Source of the DNA: a virus | Lineage: Duplodnaviria; Caudoviricetes | DNA: 64,000 nt | Virus record (IMG/VR): IMGVR_UViG_3300031088_000008 | Location: 224,001 to 288,000 of that record | Reading direction: 5' to 3' (one strand) | Shown: piece by piece, positions 1-9,220 of the stretch | Position numbering within the stretch: position 1 is the stretch's first letter | Layout of the letters: each line of letters starts with the position of its first letter | Position numbers and translations under genes: made by a program | The notes under the pieces: model-generated | Databases searched by the model: none | The model's input: only the letters and a program-made list of their open reading frames with translations | Told to the model about the DNA's origin: nothing

Positions 1-84
1 TGGAACACCGACAATGATCAGTCACTGGCATCCCCGGCCCCTGGTGAGCCGGTGAGCGTTTCCTTGGGAGCATCGAGCAGCTAA
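1..84 (+). CDS. 3' end of an upstream structural protein, ending in the N-terminal half of an Ig-like repeat (partial)
   Basis: Frame 1 reads WNTDNDQSLASPAPGEPVSVSLGASSS*; TAA 82-84 overlaps the ATG at 84; resembles the WxT..L....G..S..L.A segment of the repeats in the next gene. Confidence 0.7.
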   Translation, partial: WNTDNDQSLASPAPGEPVSVSLGASSS

Positions 85-1229
85 TGGCAAAGACACTGAA
101 GATCCGCTACACAGTTCAGTCGGGCCCTTTGCCCAATGGACTAACATTGAACCCCGATACAGGTCTTCTGGAAGGCAATGTGGGCTGGGACGCACTTGGG
201 CTAGGGCCTCGATGGACAGGCCCCAAGGCGGGCTCCATTGGCGCCTACAATGAGAACGATCCATTCGATGCCGCAACCTTCTCGGCCACAACTGATAAGA
301 CGCCGGTCAGATACAGTATCGTCGGTGGTGTGATCCCCTGGGGTCTGGTGTTTAACGCACAGAGTGGCATGTTGACTGGCACGATCTCCCCGCTAAAACA
401 GAGAACCAACGAGACGGCATCCAACTATGATGGCCCGGCTTGGAACACTTCCTTTGGTACCCTGGCAAACTTTGATGAAGGTTCGACCTCATCGCTGGTT
501 CTTTCCGCTACACCAATTGGCAACAGGACGATGCGTGGTTTCCAGATCGTTGATGGCTATCTTCCCTGGGGACTGAGGCTGGACTTGAACAGTGGTATTA
601 TCTCTGGTAATACCGCGCCACTGAAGAACCCCGGTGCCTATGTGGATGTTCCCAAACTGCCCGTTCCAGTCTGGACCACACCCGGCGGCACGATGGGAAC
701 TTTTGATGAGTTGGCAACCTTCAACCTAACTCTCGCGGCTACTCCAGCCTCTGGTCGTTCAATGGCAAAATACAACATCAACCGTGGTGCATTGCCATTT
801 GGTTTGAGGCTAAACCAGAGAACAGGTGCTATCACTGGTGACTTCGCCAACATGTTCGTTGAAGAAGCTAGTTTTGTTGATCCGGCTAACAATCCAACGA
901 TCTCCAACGCGATGGTAATTCAGAGTGGAAACGCTATCGTGGCAGATGGTGGGTCTCTGGGCTCCTATGCCAAAGGTACCGAGGTAAGTATTGGTTTGAT
1001 TGCAAGGGCGATCACAGGGCGCCAGATCAAGAGCTACCAGATAACCAGCGGTTATCTACCATTTGGTCTGAGGTTGAATCTTCAAAATGGTGTAATCTCT
1101 GGAACCGTTCTAAACAACATTAGAACACAGAGTGGAACCTATACTTTCACCGTTCAAGTTTACGACAAAGGCGATGCTCTGCTTCGTCAGAACTCGGTAA
1201 GCCGAACCTATTCTATCACTGTCCAGTAA
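84..1229 (+). CDS. Putative Ig (He_PIG-like) repeat virion/tail-fibre scaffold protein
   Basis: Five [LI]PxGLx[LF]xxxxGx[IL]xG repeats; C-terminal YTFTVQVYD...RTYSITVQ hairpin. Confidence 0.8.
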   Translation: MAKTLKIRYTVQSGPLPNGLTLNPDTGLLEGNVGWDALGLGPRWTGPKAGSIGAYNENDPFDAATFSATTDKTPVRYSIVGGVIPWGLVFNAQSGMLTGTISPLKQRTNETASNYDGPAWNTSFGTLANFDEGSTSSLVLSATPIGNRTMRGFQIVDGYLPWGLRLDLNSGIISGNTAPLKNPGAYVDVPKLPVPVWTTPGGTMGTFDELATFNLTLAATPASGRSMAKYNINRGALPFGLRLNQRTGAITGDFANMFVEEASFVDPANNPTISNAMVIQSGNAIVADGGSLGSYAKGTEVSIGLIARAITGRQIKSYQITSGYLPFGLRLNLQNGVISGTVLNNIRTQSGTYTFTVQVYDKGDALLRQNSVSRTYSITVQ

Positions 1230-1241
1230 GAGGTAAACCAA

Positions 1242-2468
1242 ATGGCAGTATTTCCTTTCACCGTCCGTGCAACTGATAGCGAAGGTTCCTATGCGGATCG
1301 TCAGTTCTCCATTACGGTTCGCAACAGTCGCGTTGAACGCTTTATGCTTCTAAATGCTACCGATGCCTACACCAGCCCAGATGCAACCTCTTGGACCAAG
1401 AGGACCGGTCAGGGTGGTACAATGTGTGCCTATGGTAATGGTTTCTGGCTCACAGTATTGACAAATCAGACCAATCAGTTTGGCTCGTTCAGTGGTATCT
1501 CCATCCGTAAATCAACTGATGGTATCAACTACCAGTTCTCTCCTGGTACTTCTCTGACCTTTCTAAAAAGTGATGGTACACCCTGGTCCACTAATCTTAA
1601 CCTATTCTTTGGCATGGGTACTCCAACCAGCGGCTACAAGTTGACGTTTTGGAACGGTAAGTTTTGGTTCCTGTCTCCGGGAAATACATTGACCTCTGCT
1701 GTCATCGCAAACACAATGCTCTTGTGGTCGTCGCCGGATGGCCTGACGTGGACCTCGACGGTTCTCAATACGTCCACCAGTGCCACCAATGCCATTAGCA
1801 TGAACTCTGTTGGAAACATCTTTTCTGTCAGCGTTTCCGATGGTGTAATGATGGTTCCAAACTATGCTCTAGGTGGCACCACCTTCTGCATGGGTTGGGT
1901 AACCAGCGATGGCGTAAACTTTACCCAGCTTAAGAACAGTGCAAGTTCCGCGGCAACTAATCAATACAGTCACAGCCTGACGCGAATCAATGGTCTATAC
2001 CTGTCCATGTACAATCAGGTTACCGGTACTGGTACATCTTCCTATAACATCTATCAGTTTTCTACTGATGGTCTTAACTGGACAACCGCACCATTGCCCA
2101 CCACCCCAAGTGGATCAAACTACTCAGGTCCGTTCTTTTATATGAATGGCTTGGTTTATAGTTTCTACTCGTCCACTGTCGCCAACCAGCCTGCTTCATT
2201 CCTTTACTCCAGTGATGCAATCAATTGGACCATTGGCCAGTTTCAGAGTTCTACCAATGCCACTGGTAGCTTTCCCTACTCGGTTGTTGCGAAGAATGGC
2301 TTGCTGGTTGCAGCTTGTCAGAAACAGATGGCTACTGACCTGCCAAACTCTTCCCCCGGCACTCCCACCAATGGTATTAGGGTGTCGGTTGATGGCTTGA
2401 CCTTTACCAGTGTGAGTCTTCCAGGATTGCCAACTGACTTGGTTTCGGACTTGGCTGCAATGAGCTAA
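1242..2468 (+). CDS. Asp-box/BNR beta-propeller protein, putative receptor-binding protein with an N-terminal Ig hairpin
   Basis: Repeated S/T-x-D-G/A-x-x-W/F/Y motifs (SPDATSW, STDGINY, SPDGLTW, TSDGVNF, STDGLNW, SSDAINW, SVDGLTF); S/T/N-rich; SD GAGGT. Confidence 0.75.
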   Translation: MAVFPFTVRATDSEGSYADRQFSITVRNSRVERFMLLNATDAYTSPDATSWTKRTGQGGTMCAYGNGFWLTVLTNQTNQFGSFSGISIRKSTDGINYQFSPGTSLTFLKSDGTPWSTNLNLFFGMGTPTSGYKLTFWNGKFWFLSPGNTLTSAVIANTMLLWSSPDGLTWTSTVLNTSTSATNAISMNSVGNIFSVSVSDGVMMVPNYALGGTTFCMGWVTSDGVNFTQLKNSASSAATNQYSHSLTRINGLYLSMYNQVTGTGTSSYNIYQFSTDGLNWTTAPLPTTPSGSNYSGPFFYMNGLVYSFYSSTVANQPASFLYSSDAINWTIGQFQSSTNATGSFPYSVVAKNGLLVAACQKQMATDLPNSSPGTPTNGIRVSVDGLTFTSVSLPGLPTDLVSDLAAMS

Positions 2469-2474
2469 GGGTGT

Positions 2475-2502
2475 GGCCCAGGGTTCCTTAAAACCCTGGG
2501 CC
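2475..2502 (+). terminator. Hairpin after the structural genes
   Basis: ggcccagggtt-ccttaa-aaccctgggcc, 11-bp stem; weak U-tract. Confidence 0.55.
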
Positions 2503-2622
2503 CATTAACTATACCTGTTAGGGTTAATAAAAAGAGTTGGAAAGTGGCTCTTATTCTGGTTGACTGGCTCTTTGTTGGTGCTAATTCTGGTACATCGGAA
2601 ACGCACACAGGAGTTTGGCAAA

Positions 2623-2919
2623 ATGAAGATCGGTAAAGTGTTCGAGACCCTGCAGGCAAACAAGAAGGTCGAGAAGATCGAGTTCGCTTTCGGCAAGTCC
2701 AAAGTAACGCTCAAGCAGGGCTTCAAGACTGGCGACGAACGTGTTGCCCTTTGTGCAAACGCCCGGGAAGCAAACGCTTTCGTCCGCGCTGCCAAGCCCG
2801 TCGCTGTGGTGCCGGAAATGAAGACCGTTACGAACATGATGAGCGGCAAGCCCATCCAGATCGCTGCTGATACTCCTCGTTGCTGCGATCCGTCGACCGA
2901 ACTTTACTGGAGCATGTAA
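2623..2919 (+). CDS. Hypothetical phage protein
   Basis: ATG after cassette RBS; ends TPRCCDPSTELYWSM. Confidence 0.75.
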   Translation: MKIGKVFETLQANKKVEKIEFAFGKSKVTLKQGFKTGDERVALCANAREANAFVRAAKPVAVVPEMKTVTNMMSGKPIQIAADTPRCCDPSTELYWSM

Positions 2920-2922
2920 AAC

Positions 2923-2940
2923 TGGGGGCTTCGGCCCCCA
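2923..2940 (+). terminator. GC hairpin with UUCG loop
   Basis: tgggggc-ttcg-gccccca right after the stop codon. Confidence 0.55.
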
Positions 2941-2968
2941 ACTCATTTCAATCACAGGGAGAAACCTC

Positions 2969-3445
2969 TTGAATAAGATCGTGAAGTATAGCCTGGTTGG
3001 CTTCGGTTCGTTCGTAGCACTTGGTACACTCGGGAATCTGCTACCTGATCAGCCAGTCCAGAATACCACAGTTGCTTCATCGACTGCCGCGCCGGAAAAG
3101 GTAACTGAAGTTACTGAAAAGAAAGAGGTCAAGGCCCCAATCGACAATACCAAACAAATCGCAAAGGTAGAGTCCGAACTCAAGCGTGAGGCCAAAATCA
3201 AAGACCTCTTCCACGATTCATCCCTTGCAGTTCAGTGGACCGTTGGAGTTCTGGATGACGGCTCACGCCGGTTCGGATATGCTGGATATGTTTGCCAAGT
3301 CATCACCGATGGAGGTGCGCTGGAAAACGACGGCAGCACCTATGTTCGAGTAGTCGACGTGGTAAAGGTTGCGAACGGCGAATCTCCTCGTTCTGCAAGT
3401 CTCGGACAGGTTCGTTGCAATGATCAGGAGGTTATCGAAAGATAA
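2969..3445 (+). CDS. Membrane-anchored or secreted hypothetical protein
   Basis: N-terminal hydrophobic segment, then a low-complexity linker and a globular domain; SD GGGAG. Confidence 0.7.
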   Translation: MNKIVKYSLVGFGSFVALGTLGNLLPDQPVQNTTVASSTAAPEKVTEVTEKKEVKAPIDNTKQIAKVESELKREAKIKDLFHDSSLAVQWTVGVLDDGSRRFGYAGYVCQVITDGGALENDGSTYVRVVDVVKVANGESPRSASLGQVRCNDQEVIER

Positions 3446-3593
3446 TGAGCAAAAGCAAATTCGGATCCTACCTGGGGCTGGCACTTGTGCTGGCCCTTCT
3501 CGTCCTCATGGTTTCTTTGATGTTTCTGTGAACTCTTTGGTTGCAAGCTGGTAACCAGGTTGTAAAAAGAGAACAACAGCAAGGAGATCAAAG

Positions 3594-3809
3594 ATGGCCG
3601 GCAAGCGCAGCTTGGAAGTAGTTCTCAAAAACTGGAACGCAGGTGATCGAGTAGCAGCCGTTGGCGCGCTCGAGGACGCGGGCATCCAGATCGCTGAAGC
3701 GCGTCAGAATTGGATCCAGGTTCGCAACACGACGCCAACCGAAATCCGCCGTCTCGTCAAGCCCACGGGCATCAAGATTCACAACATTGGCGAGGGCTTT
3801 CGTCGCTGA
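3594..3809 (+). CDS. Hypothetical protein
   Basis: Cassette promoter, AAGGAG RBS. Confidence 0.7.
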   Translation: MAGKRSLEVVLKNWNAGDRVAAVGALEDAGIQIAEARQNWIQVRNTTPTEIRRLVKPTGIKIHNIGEGFRR

Positions 3810-3866
3810 TCCTGGTTGACACCAGAAACCCAGAGTGCTAGGGCTGTGGCAACAAAGGAGCAAACG

Positions 3867-4154
3867 ATGATCGAACAAGCAAAGGCCCGCCTGCTGGAAA
3901 GCAACCTCTCGGCACAGGAACTGGCCGACATTGCGTCCTGCTCCTCAACGTCGGGCTCGTACAGCTGGGCAGAGATTGCGGCGGCCGCTGAGCTGTCCAT
4001 CAAGCCGGGTTCGATGGTTCGAATGGAGTTCGCAGAGGGGCTCTATGAGCTGGTTCACGTGGAGGCCATTGAAGATGGTGTCGTTTATGGAACTGGTGAA
4101 GATGGCGAGCCATTTTGCTCGCCGGTCAACAACTGTGAAGTGGAATCCACTTAA
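3867..4154 (+). CDS. Hypothetical protein
   Basis: Cassette promoter, AAGGAG RBS, start corrected to 3867. Confidence 0.7.
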   Translation: MIEQAKARLLESNLSAQELADIASCSSTSGSYSWAEIAAAAELSIKPGSMVRMEFAEGLYELVHVEAIEDGVVYGTGEDGEPFCSPVNNCEVEST

Positions 4155-4357
4155 TGGACTTGATCTTTCAAGTCATCGCCCTCGCCTATATTGCCACAGG
4201 TACCTGGCTTGCCTGTGATACCATGGATGCCTGCGCGAAGAACGATCCCAAGTACACCCTGTTCCAGAACTTCGTCGGCCAATACATCATCGTCATGCTG
4301 GTGGTCGTTGGCTGGGGGTTTGTCTTTTTGTGGGTTTTCTTCCGCGAGAAGCGATAA
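4154..4357 (+). CDS. Small two-TM membrane protein
   Basis: Two hydrophobic helices; TAATG coupling. Confidence 0.65.
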   Translation: MDLIFQVIALAYIATGTWLACDTMDACAKNDPKYTLFQNFVGQYIIVMLVVVGWGFVFLWVFFREKR

Positions 4358-4420
4358 ACTGGTTGCGCTCCTCACCAGTCCTGCTAGTGTCTGTTTATCG
4401 GAACAAACAGGAGTGAGCAA

Positions 4421-4708
4421 ATGCAGATCATCGCAACGCCAAACAGCCCGTATGGTAACGCCAGCGATCGCAGCTTCAAGACCGTTGGTAGCGCGCTGAC
4501 CTTTATCCTGCGCTCCTACTTTGTCAAAGGCGGTGTTGCCCGCCACGTCGCAGTCTACAACATGACTGCTCCTCTTGTGCGCTTCGACTTTACTGAAGAC
4601 ATGGAAATTATCCTGACGAGCGGGTCGGTTGACGATTGGAATGTTGGTGACGTCAAGACGCTCACGCAGGCTCTGAAGCTTGTGAAAACTTATCACCACG
4701 AGGGCTAA
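4421..4708 (+). CDS. Hypothetical protein
   Basis: Cassette promoter and RBS. Confidence 0.7.
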   Translation: MQIIATPNSPYGNASDRSFKTVGSALTFILRSYFVKGGVARHVAVYNMTAPLVRFDFTEDMEIILTSGSVDDWNVGDVKTLTQALKLVKTYHHEG

Positions 4709-4767
4709 AAAGCGGTTGATCCCCTGTCCAGTTCTGCTATTCAGGATTGGACAGCAGGGAGATCGAG

Positions 4768-5199
4768 ATGCTCATTTACAGGATCGAAAGCGACGAAGGC
4801 AAGGGCATTTACAGTGCTGGCTTTGGTCATCGCTTTACCCGCGCAGTCCTGGAGGGAAATGAGGATCGGCTCTGCCATCCCAGCCCCGAAGAGGAAGAGG
4901 AACTCCGCGTCTTTTGGCTGGGCCTGAAAATGAGCCGGGCCAAGCAACGCGACTGGGAGCTCAATGGCCGGCGTGAGTGGTTTTGCGGCTTTGACAGCAT
5001 GGAGCAGCTTCTCGCCTGGTGGTCACGCGATGGTCTAAAGCTGATGTGGATGACGATGCTCAAGCATGGTCGCACGGCGCGGATCGTCACTTACAAGATC
5101 AACGCCAATCAGACAAAGCGTGGCACCAAGCAAACGGTGTTCCGCAAGGCCAAAGCTGAACAGATTGCAAGCCAGCCCTTGGAGCGTTTTGTTCCATAA
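4768..5199 (+). CDS. Hypothetical protein
   Basis: Cassette promoter, GGGAGATCGAG-ATG. Confidence 0.7.
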   Translation: MLIYRIESDEGKGIYSAGFGHRFTRAVLEGNEDRLCHPSPEEEEELRVFWLGLKMSRAKQRDWELNGRREWFCGFDSMEQLLAWWSRDGLKLMWMTMLKHGRTARIVTYKINANQTKRGTKQTVFRKAKAEQIASQPLERFVP

Positions 5200-5237
5200 G
5201 ACGGTTGACAGTAGAGTTTTAGAAGCTAAGTTGGTTG

Positions 5238-5449
5238 AACAAGTTTGGTGCCCCCGATTTCAAAAAGTCCGAACGTCTTGGGCTTGGAGGCTCCAGCTGC
5301 CAAAGGTGACGATCTCGTTGTAGACAAAAATCATTGTCGTCCCGGGAGGTAAACGCGGTCGGGTAAGGGTGCTCAAGACGGGGTGTGCCGCGAAGCTGGA
5401 GAAAGACAAAGATCGTGGGGTGGATTGTTAGCGCAGTCCACCCCATTTT
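5238..5449 (+). ncRNA. Candidate structured ncRNA (about 210 nt)
   Basis: Promoter TTGACA 5205 / GCTA 5225; no RBS-led ORF; terminator 5416-5449; several long-range complementary segments. Confidence 0.55.
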
Positions 5450-5510
5450 CTTGGTTGACAAGGATTGTTCTGGGATTAATACCAGAACATAGGCAACGAG
5501 GAGACAGTGG

Positions 5511-5669
5511 ATGCAGATCGAACGGGCGTTTAAGGCAGAGGATGTAAAAGATCTTCCGCGCTTCAAACAAAGCCAGGGCGCTCTGAACGATCAGCTGGCC
5601 CGTCTTTACGATGTCGCCAACCAGCTTGGGCTGTATGATGCAGCCAGCTTTATCTCGCGGAGTTTCTGA
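5511..5669 (+). CDS. Small hypothetical protein (52 aa, not in ORF track)
   Basis: Cassette promoter + GAGGAG; MQIERAFKAEDVKDLP...FISRSF. Confidence 0.65.
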   Translation: MQIERAFKAEDVKDLPRFKQSQGALNDQLARLYDVANQLGLYDAASFISRSF

Positions 5670-5671
5670 AC

Positions 5672-6178
5672 ATGGACGACGAAATGAAGGCAGCCTATAA
5701 CGCTTGCTGCGACGCAATCATCGAATCGCAGATGAAGGATGCTGGGATGACCATTCCGCCTTCCGCTCCGCTTACCCTGTCGTCAGCGGCCTGGGATGGC
5801 GTCACTCTCCTGATGGGTCCCCACATCAGCGATTTTCCTGCTCTGCAGCACGATATGCGGGATGCTCCGCTGGTTCTGGCAATCGTTGGCGAGCCTGGCC
5901 TGGGCAAAAGCTACCACTTCAATCCCTTCACGCATGAGAGCGCAGCAGAGCGCGAGAGCCGCGAGGAAGGCCCAATGTGGCGCGAGCAACTGGTTGAGCG
6001 AAAGCTGACCATCAACTATCTGGGCTTCGATGAATATTTTCCCAACATCGACTATCAGAACTATCGACTGCTCGACGAGGACAAAAAGGCTCCTGAGTGG
6101 CAAAAGCGGCGCAACCGCAGCGCGTCGGCCAAACAGGATCTGATCGACAAGCTGAAGGCCAAGCGCAATGCTCGTTGA
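5672..6178 (+). CDS. Hypothetical protein with an isolated P-loop-like motif
   Basis: LAIVGEPGLGKS, but too short for a full AAA domain. Confidence 0.6.
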   Translation: MDDEMKAAYNACCDAIIESQMKDAGMTIPPSAPLTLSSAAWDGVTLLMGPHISDFPALQHDMRDAPLVLAIVGEPGLGKSYHFNPFTHESAAERESREEGPMWREQLVERKLTINYLGFDEYFPNIDYQNYRLLDEDKKAPEWQKRRNRSASAKQDLIDKLKAKRNAR

Positions 6179-6767
6179 TATCACGTTCCGCCCCTTTGCG
6201 GACGATCATCAGGCACGATACAGGGCGCTGGCCGAGGAGCACAACGCCAAGAATCCTGATGATCTCCTGCCCCTGGAGCTCAGCCATCCGCCCCGCATGG
6301 CCAAGGGCATGTACGTGGCAAATGGCAACTTCAACGTTCGTGACATCGTTCAGACAGTGGTCGAGGATGTTCCTCCCTATTATGAGCTGATGCGAAAGGA
6401 CAACTGGGAGGGCTATCACGAGGCCCGGAGCGCCTACAAGCGGAAGATGAACAAACTGTACTCGGAAAAGTACAAGAAGGGGCCGTACCGCGGCGTGGAA
6501 GGTCTGGGTGCATACGGGCTTTGCGATTCGCCTGAACAGTTCCTTGAATGCTTTCCGCACATCGCTGATGACGAGATTCCCCGCTTTCTAACCTTTTATG
6601 GCATCAAGCGAGAGCACCAGAGTCCGCAGGGTGGTTTCCGCTACCACAAGAACGGAACCTACTATGGCAAACAGAAGCCGCGTTGCGAGTATCTGTACGA
6701 TGACACCCACATCGACATGATCTGCGGCTTCCACATTTATAGGGTGGAGGATGTGATCAGCGCATGA
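6168..6767 (+). CDS. Hypothetical protein
   Basis: Operon-style overlap with neighbours. Confidence 0.7.
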   Translation: MLVDITFRPFADDHQARYRALAEEHNAKNPDDLLPLELSHPPRMAKGMYVANGNFNVRDIVQTVVEDVPPYYELMRKDNWEGYHEARSAYKRKMNKLYSEKYKKGPYRGVEGLGAYGLCDSPEQFLECFPHIADDEIPRFLTFYGIKREHQSPQGGFRYHKNGTYYGKQKPRCEYLYDDTHIDMICGFHIYRVEDVISA

Positions 6768-6976
6768 AACTATATCTGGCCAATGTAACGCTCCACGTCA
6801 GCCCCTACATGGAAAAGAGCTACCAGGAAAAGGTCCAGACGCTGGTCTGGGGCACCGACTACGAGGATGCGGAAAACAAGATTCGCGAACATTATACCAA
6901 CGACGACCAGTATGGTCTGGACAAAAGCGTCTGGGAGGTTGAACTAATTGCAGCCTTGGGTGATTTTCCCGGTTGA
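6764..6976 (+). CDS. Hypothetical protein
   Basis: ATGA overlap; GGAGG RBS. Confidence 0.65.
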   Translation: MKLYLANVTLHVSPYMEKSYQEKVQTLVWGTDYEDAENKIREHYTNDDQYGLDKSVWEVELIAALGDFPG

Positions 6977-7033
6977 CGCACCTGACTCTGGTGTTAAAAC
7001 CAGAACATAGGCAAGCAACACGGAGATCGGTCG

Positions 7034-7468
7034 ATGGCAAACTGGAACGAGATGAGCAAGGGCGCGCAGAAGGCAGCAAGCACGGCAGCGCACGTTCTCA
7101 ACGAGCTGGAAATCCAGGGCAAGGCGCGCTTTACGATGACCGAGGCCACGACGGCGATCTGGGGCACGTCGGGCACTGGCAACCCCAACGCGGTCCGGCT
7201 GATCGAGGCAACTGCGGCGCTAGGCTTTCTCAAGATCGTGCCCCACGGCAAGCGGACGCGCTACGTTGAAGCAGGTGCGAAGCCGGTCCCCAGCGAGGCG
7301 ATGTCGCAGGAGGACAAGGACTTTGCAAAGCGGATGCACCAGGAAACGATCCAGATCGAGGCAGACGCCATGGAGCGTCGGGTCAGGGACGCAATCCAGA
7401 ATGATCCCAAGAATGCCAGTAAGGTGTTTATGAGCGAGCTGGGCAACTTCCTCGGAGGTCGTCGCTGA
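7034..7468 (+). CDS. Hypothetical protein
   Basis: Cassette promoter and RBS. Confidence 0.7.
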   Translation: MANWNEMSKGAQKAASTAAHVLNELEIQGKARFTMTEATTAIWGTSGTGNPNAVRLIEATAALGFLKIVPHGKRTRYVEAGAKPVPSEAMSQEDKDFAKRMHQETIQIEADAMERRVRDAIQNDPKNASKVFMSELGNFLGGRR

Positions 7469-7805
7469 TGGCACAGGAAATCATGCCCAAGGCTCTCGAG
7501 GGAGAGATCGTGGCCGACCTCGCGCTCACTGGTCTGGAGACTCCAGAGGAGATCTACGATATGCTGGAGCGTCTGCATTCCGTTCTCCTCAAGCCGGTTG
7601 AGGCGGCGTGATGCGGCGCCTTCCCCTGATCCTCTTTTGGGTCCTGCTCGCTGGTGCGGTGCTCTTTGCGTTCGATCGCATGATGAAGCACGATGAACAG
7701 GTGCTTTGCAAGCGCGGCGTGGAAAGATTCTGCGACGTCTAAAAAGTGGTTGCAACTGTCTGTTCTGGTGTTAGATCCAGAACATCGGCAACGAGGAGAT
7801 CGAAA

Positions 7806-8255
7806 ATGAACGCAGAGCAGCAGGCACGTTTTGACGCAGTAGCGCCCATTGTGGCAGCACACGGCCGCGCACTCGTTGAGCTGGCCGCCGACAAGACGGT
7901 CGCAGTGGTGGGCAAGACGCGCAAGCGTTATGGTCAGGTCTATCCTGGTCAGGACAGCGGCCTCAAGGCAACTGTCGGCAAGCGCGAAGGTGTCAAGTTC
8001 ATCCGACTGTTTGGCACTTACAATAACAAGGCCGTGGATCGGACTTTCAAGGTCGGCGAAACTGTCGAGTACGACAGCTACAATCTTCGTTACTTGGGCG
8101 TGATCACCAACATCACCGACAAGCGCGTAACGGTCCAGCCACGTTATGGTGCAGGCGCCAAGTCGATGGATCTTTACGGATTCGCCTGGCGCAACTACAA
8201 TTTCAATCTTGAGCAGGCTGTCGAAGAAAATCACCAGACCAGCTATTATATCTGA
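7806..8255 (+). CDS. Hypothetical phage protein
   Basis: Cassette promoter, GAGGAGATCGAAA-ATG. Confidence 0.75.
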   Translation: MNAEQQARFDAVAPIVAAHGRALVELAADKTVAVVGKTRKRYGQVYPGQDSGLKATVGKREGVKFIRLFGTYNNKAVDRTFKVGETVEYDSYNLRYLGVITNITDKRVTVQPRYGAGAKSMDLYGFAWRNYNFNLEQAVEENHQTSYYI

Positions 8256-8436
8256 GGGAGTAAACCATGTTCATCGGTATCGCAATCGGGCTCATTCTCT
8301 GGACGATCTTTTTCGTCGCCAATCTCCTGACGCTGAAGAACTATGAGAACATCAACGTCAAGATGACCTTCTGCTGGTTCGTGGTCTTCGTGAGCTTCTT
8401 CGGCGCAGCGGGCTATCTGATCTCACTGTTCTTCTG

Positions 8437-8688
8437 ATGCAACTGGCGATCATCGAGGCAGTAATCGACAACTATGGTCGACTCAGCCGGGTCATCGAGG
8501 AGATCGCCAGAAAGCACGTGGAGGCCGAGAAGTCTGAAAAGGACTTTCAGGTCTTCAAGACCAACGCCCATATGGAGTCCTTCTACGTTGAGGAGGACTC
8601 CACCATCACAGTCTATTTTGATTACAGCCATCCCTACGAGGGCGACGAGACGATCTCCTTTGATGTCTCGGAGATTGAGCACTTTTAG
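8437..8688 (+). CDS. Acidic hypothetical protein
   Basis: TGATG coupling. Confidence 0.6.
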   Translation: MQLAIIEAVIDNYGRLSRVIEEIARKHVEAEKSEKDFQVFKTNAHMESFYVEEDSTITVYFDYSHPYEGDETISFDVSEIEHF

Positions 8689-8727
8689 TTTCTTGCGGCG
8701 AGGTGCTCCCTAGCGTAACATTCCGCT

Positions 8728-9162
8728 ATGAATGTTCTCATTGTAGGCGATCGGCCTGGACCCAACACGGATCCCAAAGATCCACTGTTCATCCACACGA
8801 CCACTGGCGCGGCTGCGCGGCTTGCCAAGATGATGGCTCTGGACAGTGATGCCTATCACGCAATCCGCCGCATCAACGCTCGTCACGATGGTGAAAAGCT
8901 TCTGGAACTCGATGAAGCGCGAACCCGCCTCCGCAAGACGCTGATGGATCTTGAGGGTCCCTGGCTAACGATCCTCGTGGGAGCCGAGGCAGCGCGCGTC
9001 TATGGCGGTTCCCTGATAGCAGGAAACCCCGTTAGCAGTGGCGATCTCCGTGCCCTCTACATTCCCCACACAAGTGGGATGAATCGTTTCTGGAACGTCC
9101 CCGAAAACGTCCAGTTCTATGAGATGCTCCTAAAAGCGGAACTGGCTAAGATAACTGGTTGA
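8728..9162 (+). CDS. Uracil-DNA glycosylase superfamily-like protein
   Basis: VLIVGDRPG (motif A-like), ILVGAEA, IPHTSGMN (HPS-like motif B). Confidence 0.6.
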   Translation: MNVLIVGDRPGPNTDPKDPLFIHTTTGAAARLAKMMALDSDAYHAIRRINARHDGEKLLELDEARTRLRKTLMDLEGPWLTILVGAEAARVYGGSLIAGNPVSSGDLRALYIPHTSGMNRFWNVPENVQFYEMLLKAELAKITG

Positions 9163-9220
9163 CGTGCTCAACTCTGGTGCTATTCCTGGTACATAGGAAA
9201 CGCACACAGGGAGACAGCAG

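Noticed and set aside
5672-6178. Functional AAA/P-loop ATPase
   Set aside because: Walker A-like motif only; too short and lacks the rest of the domain
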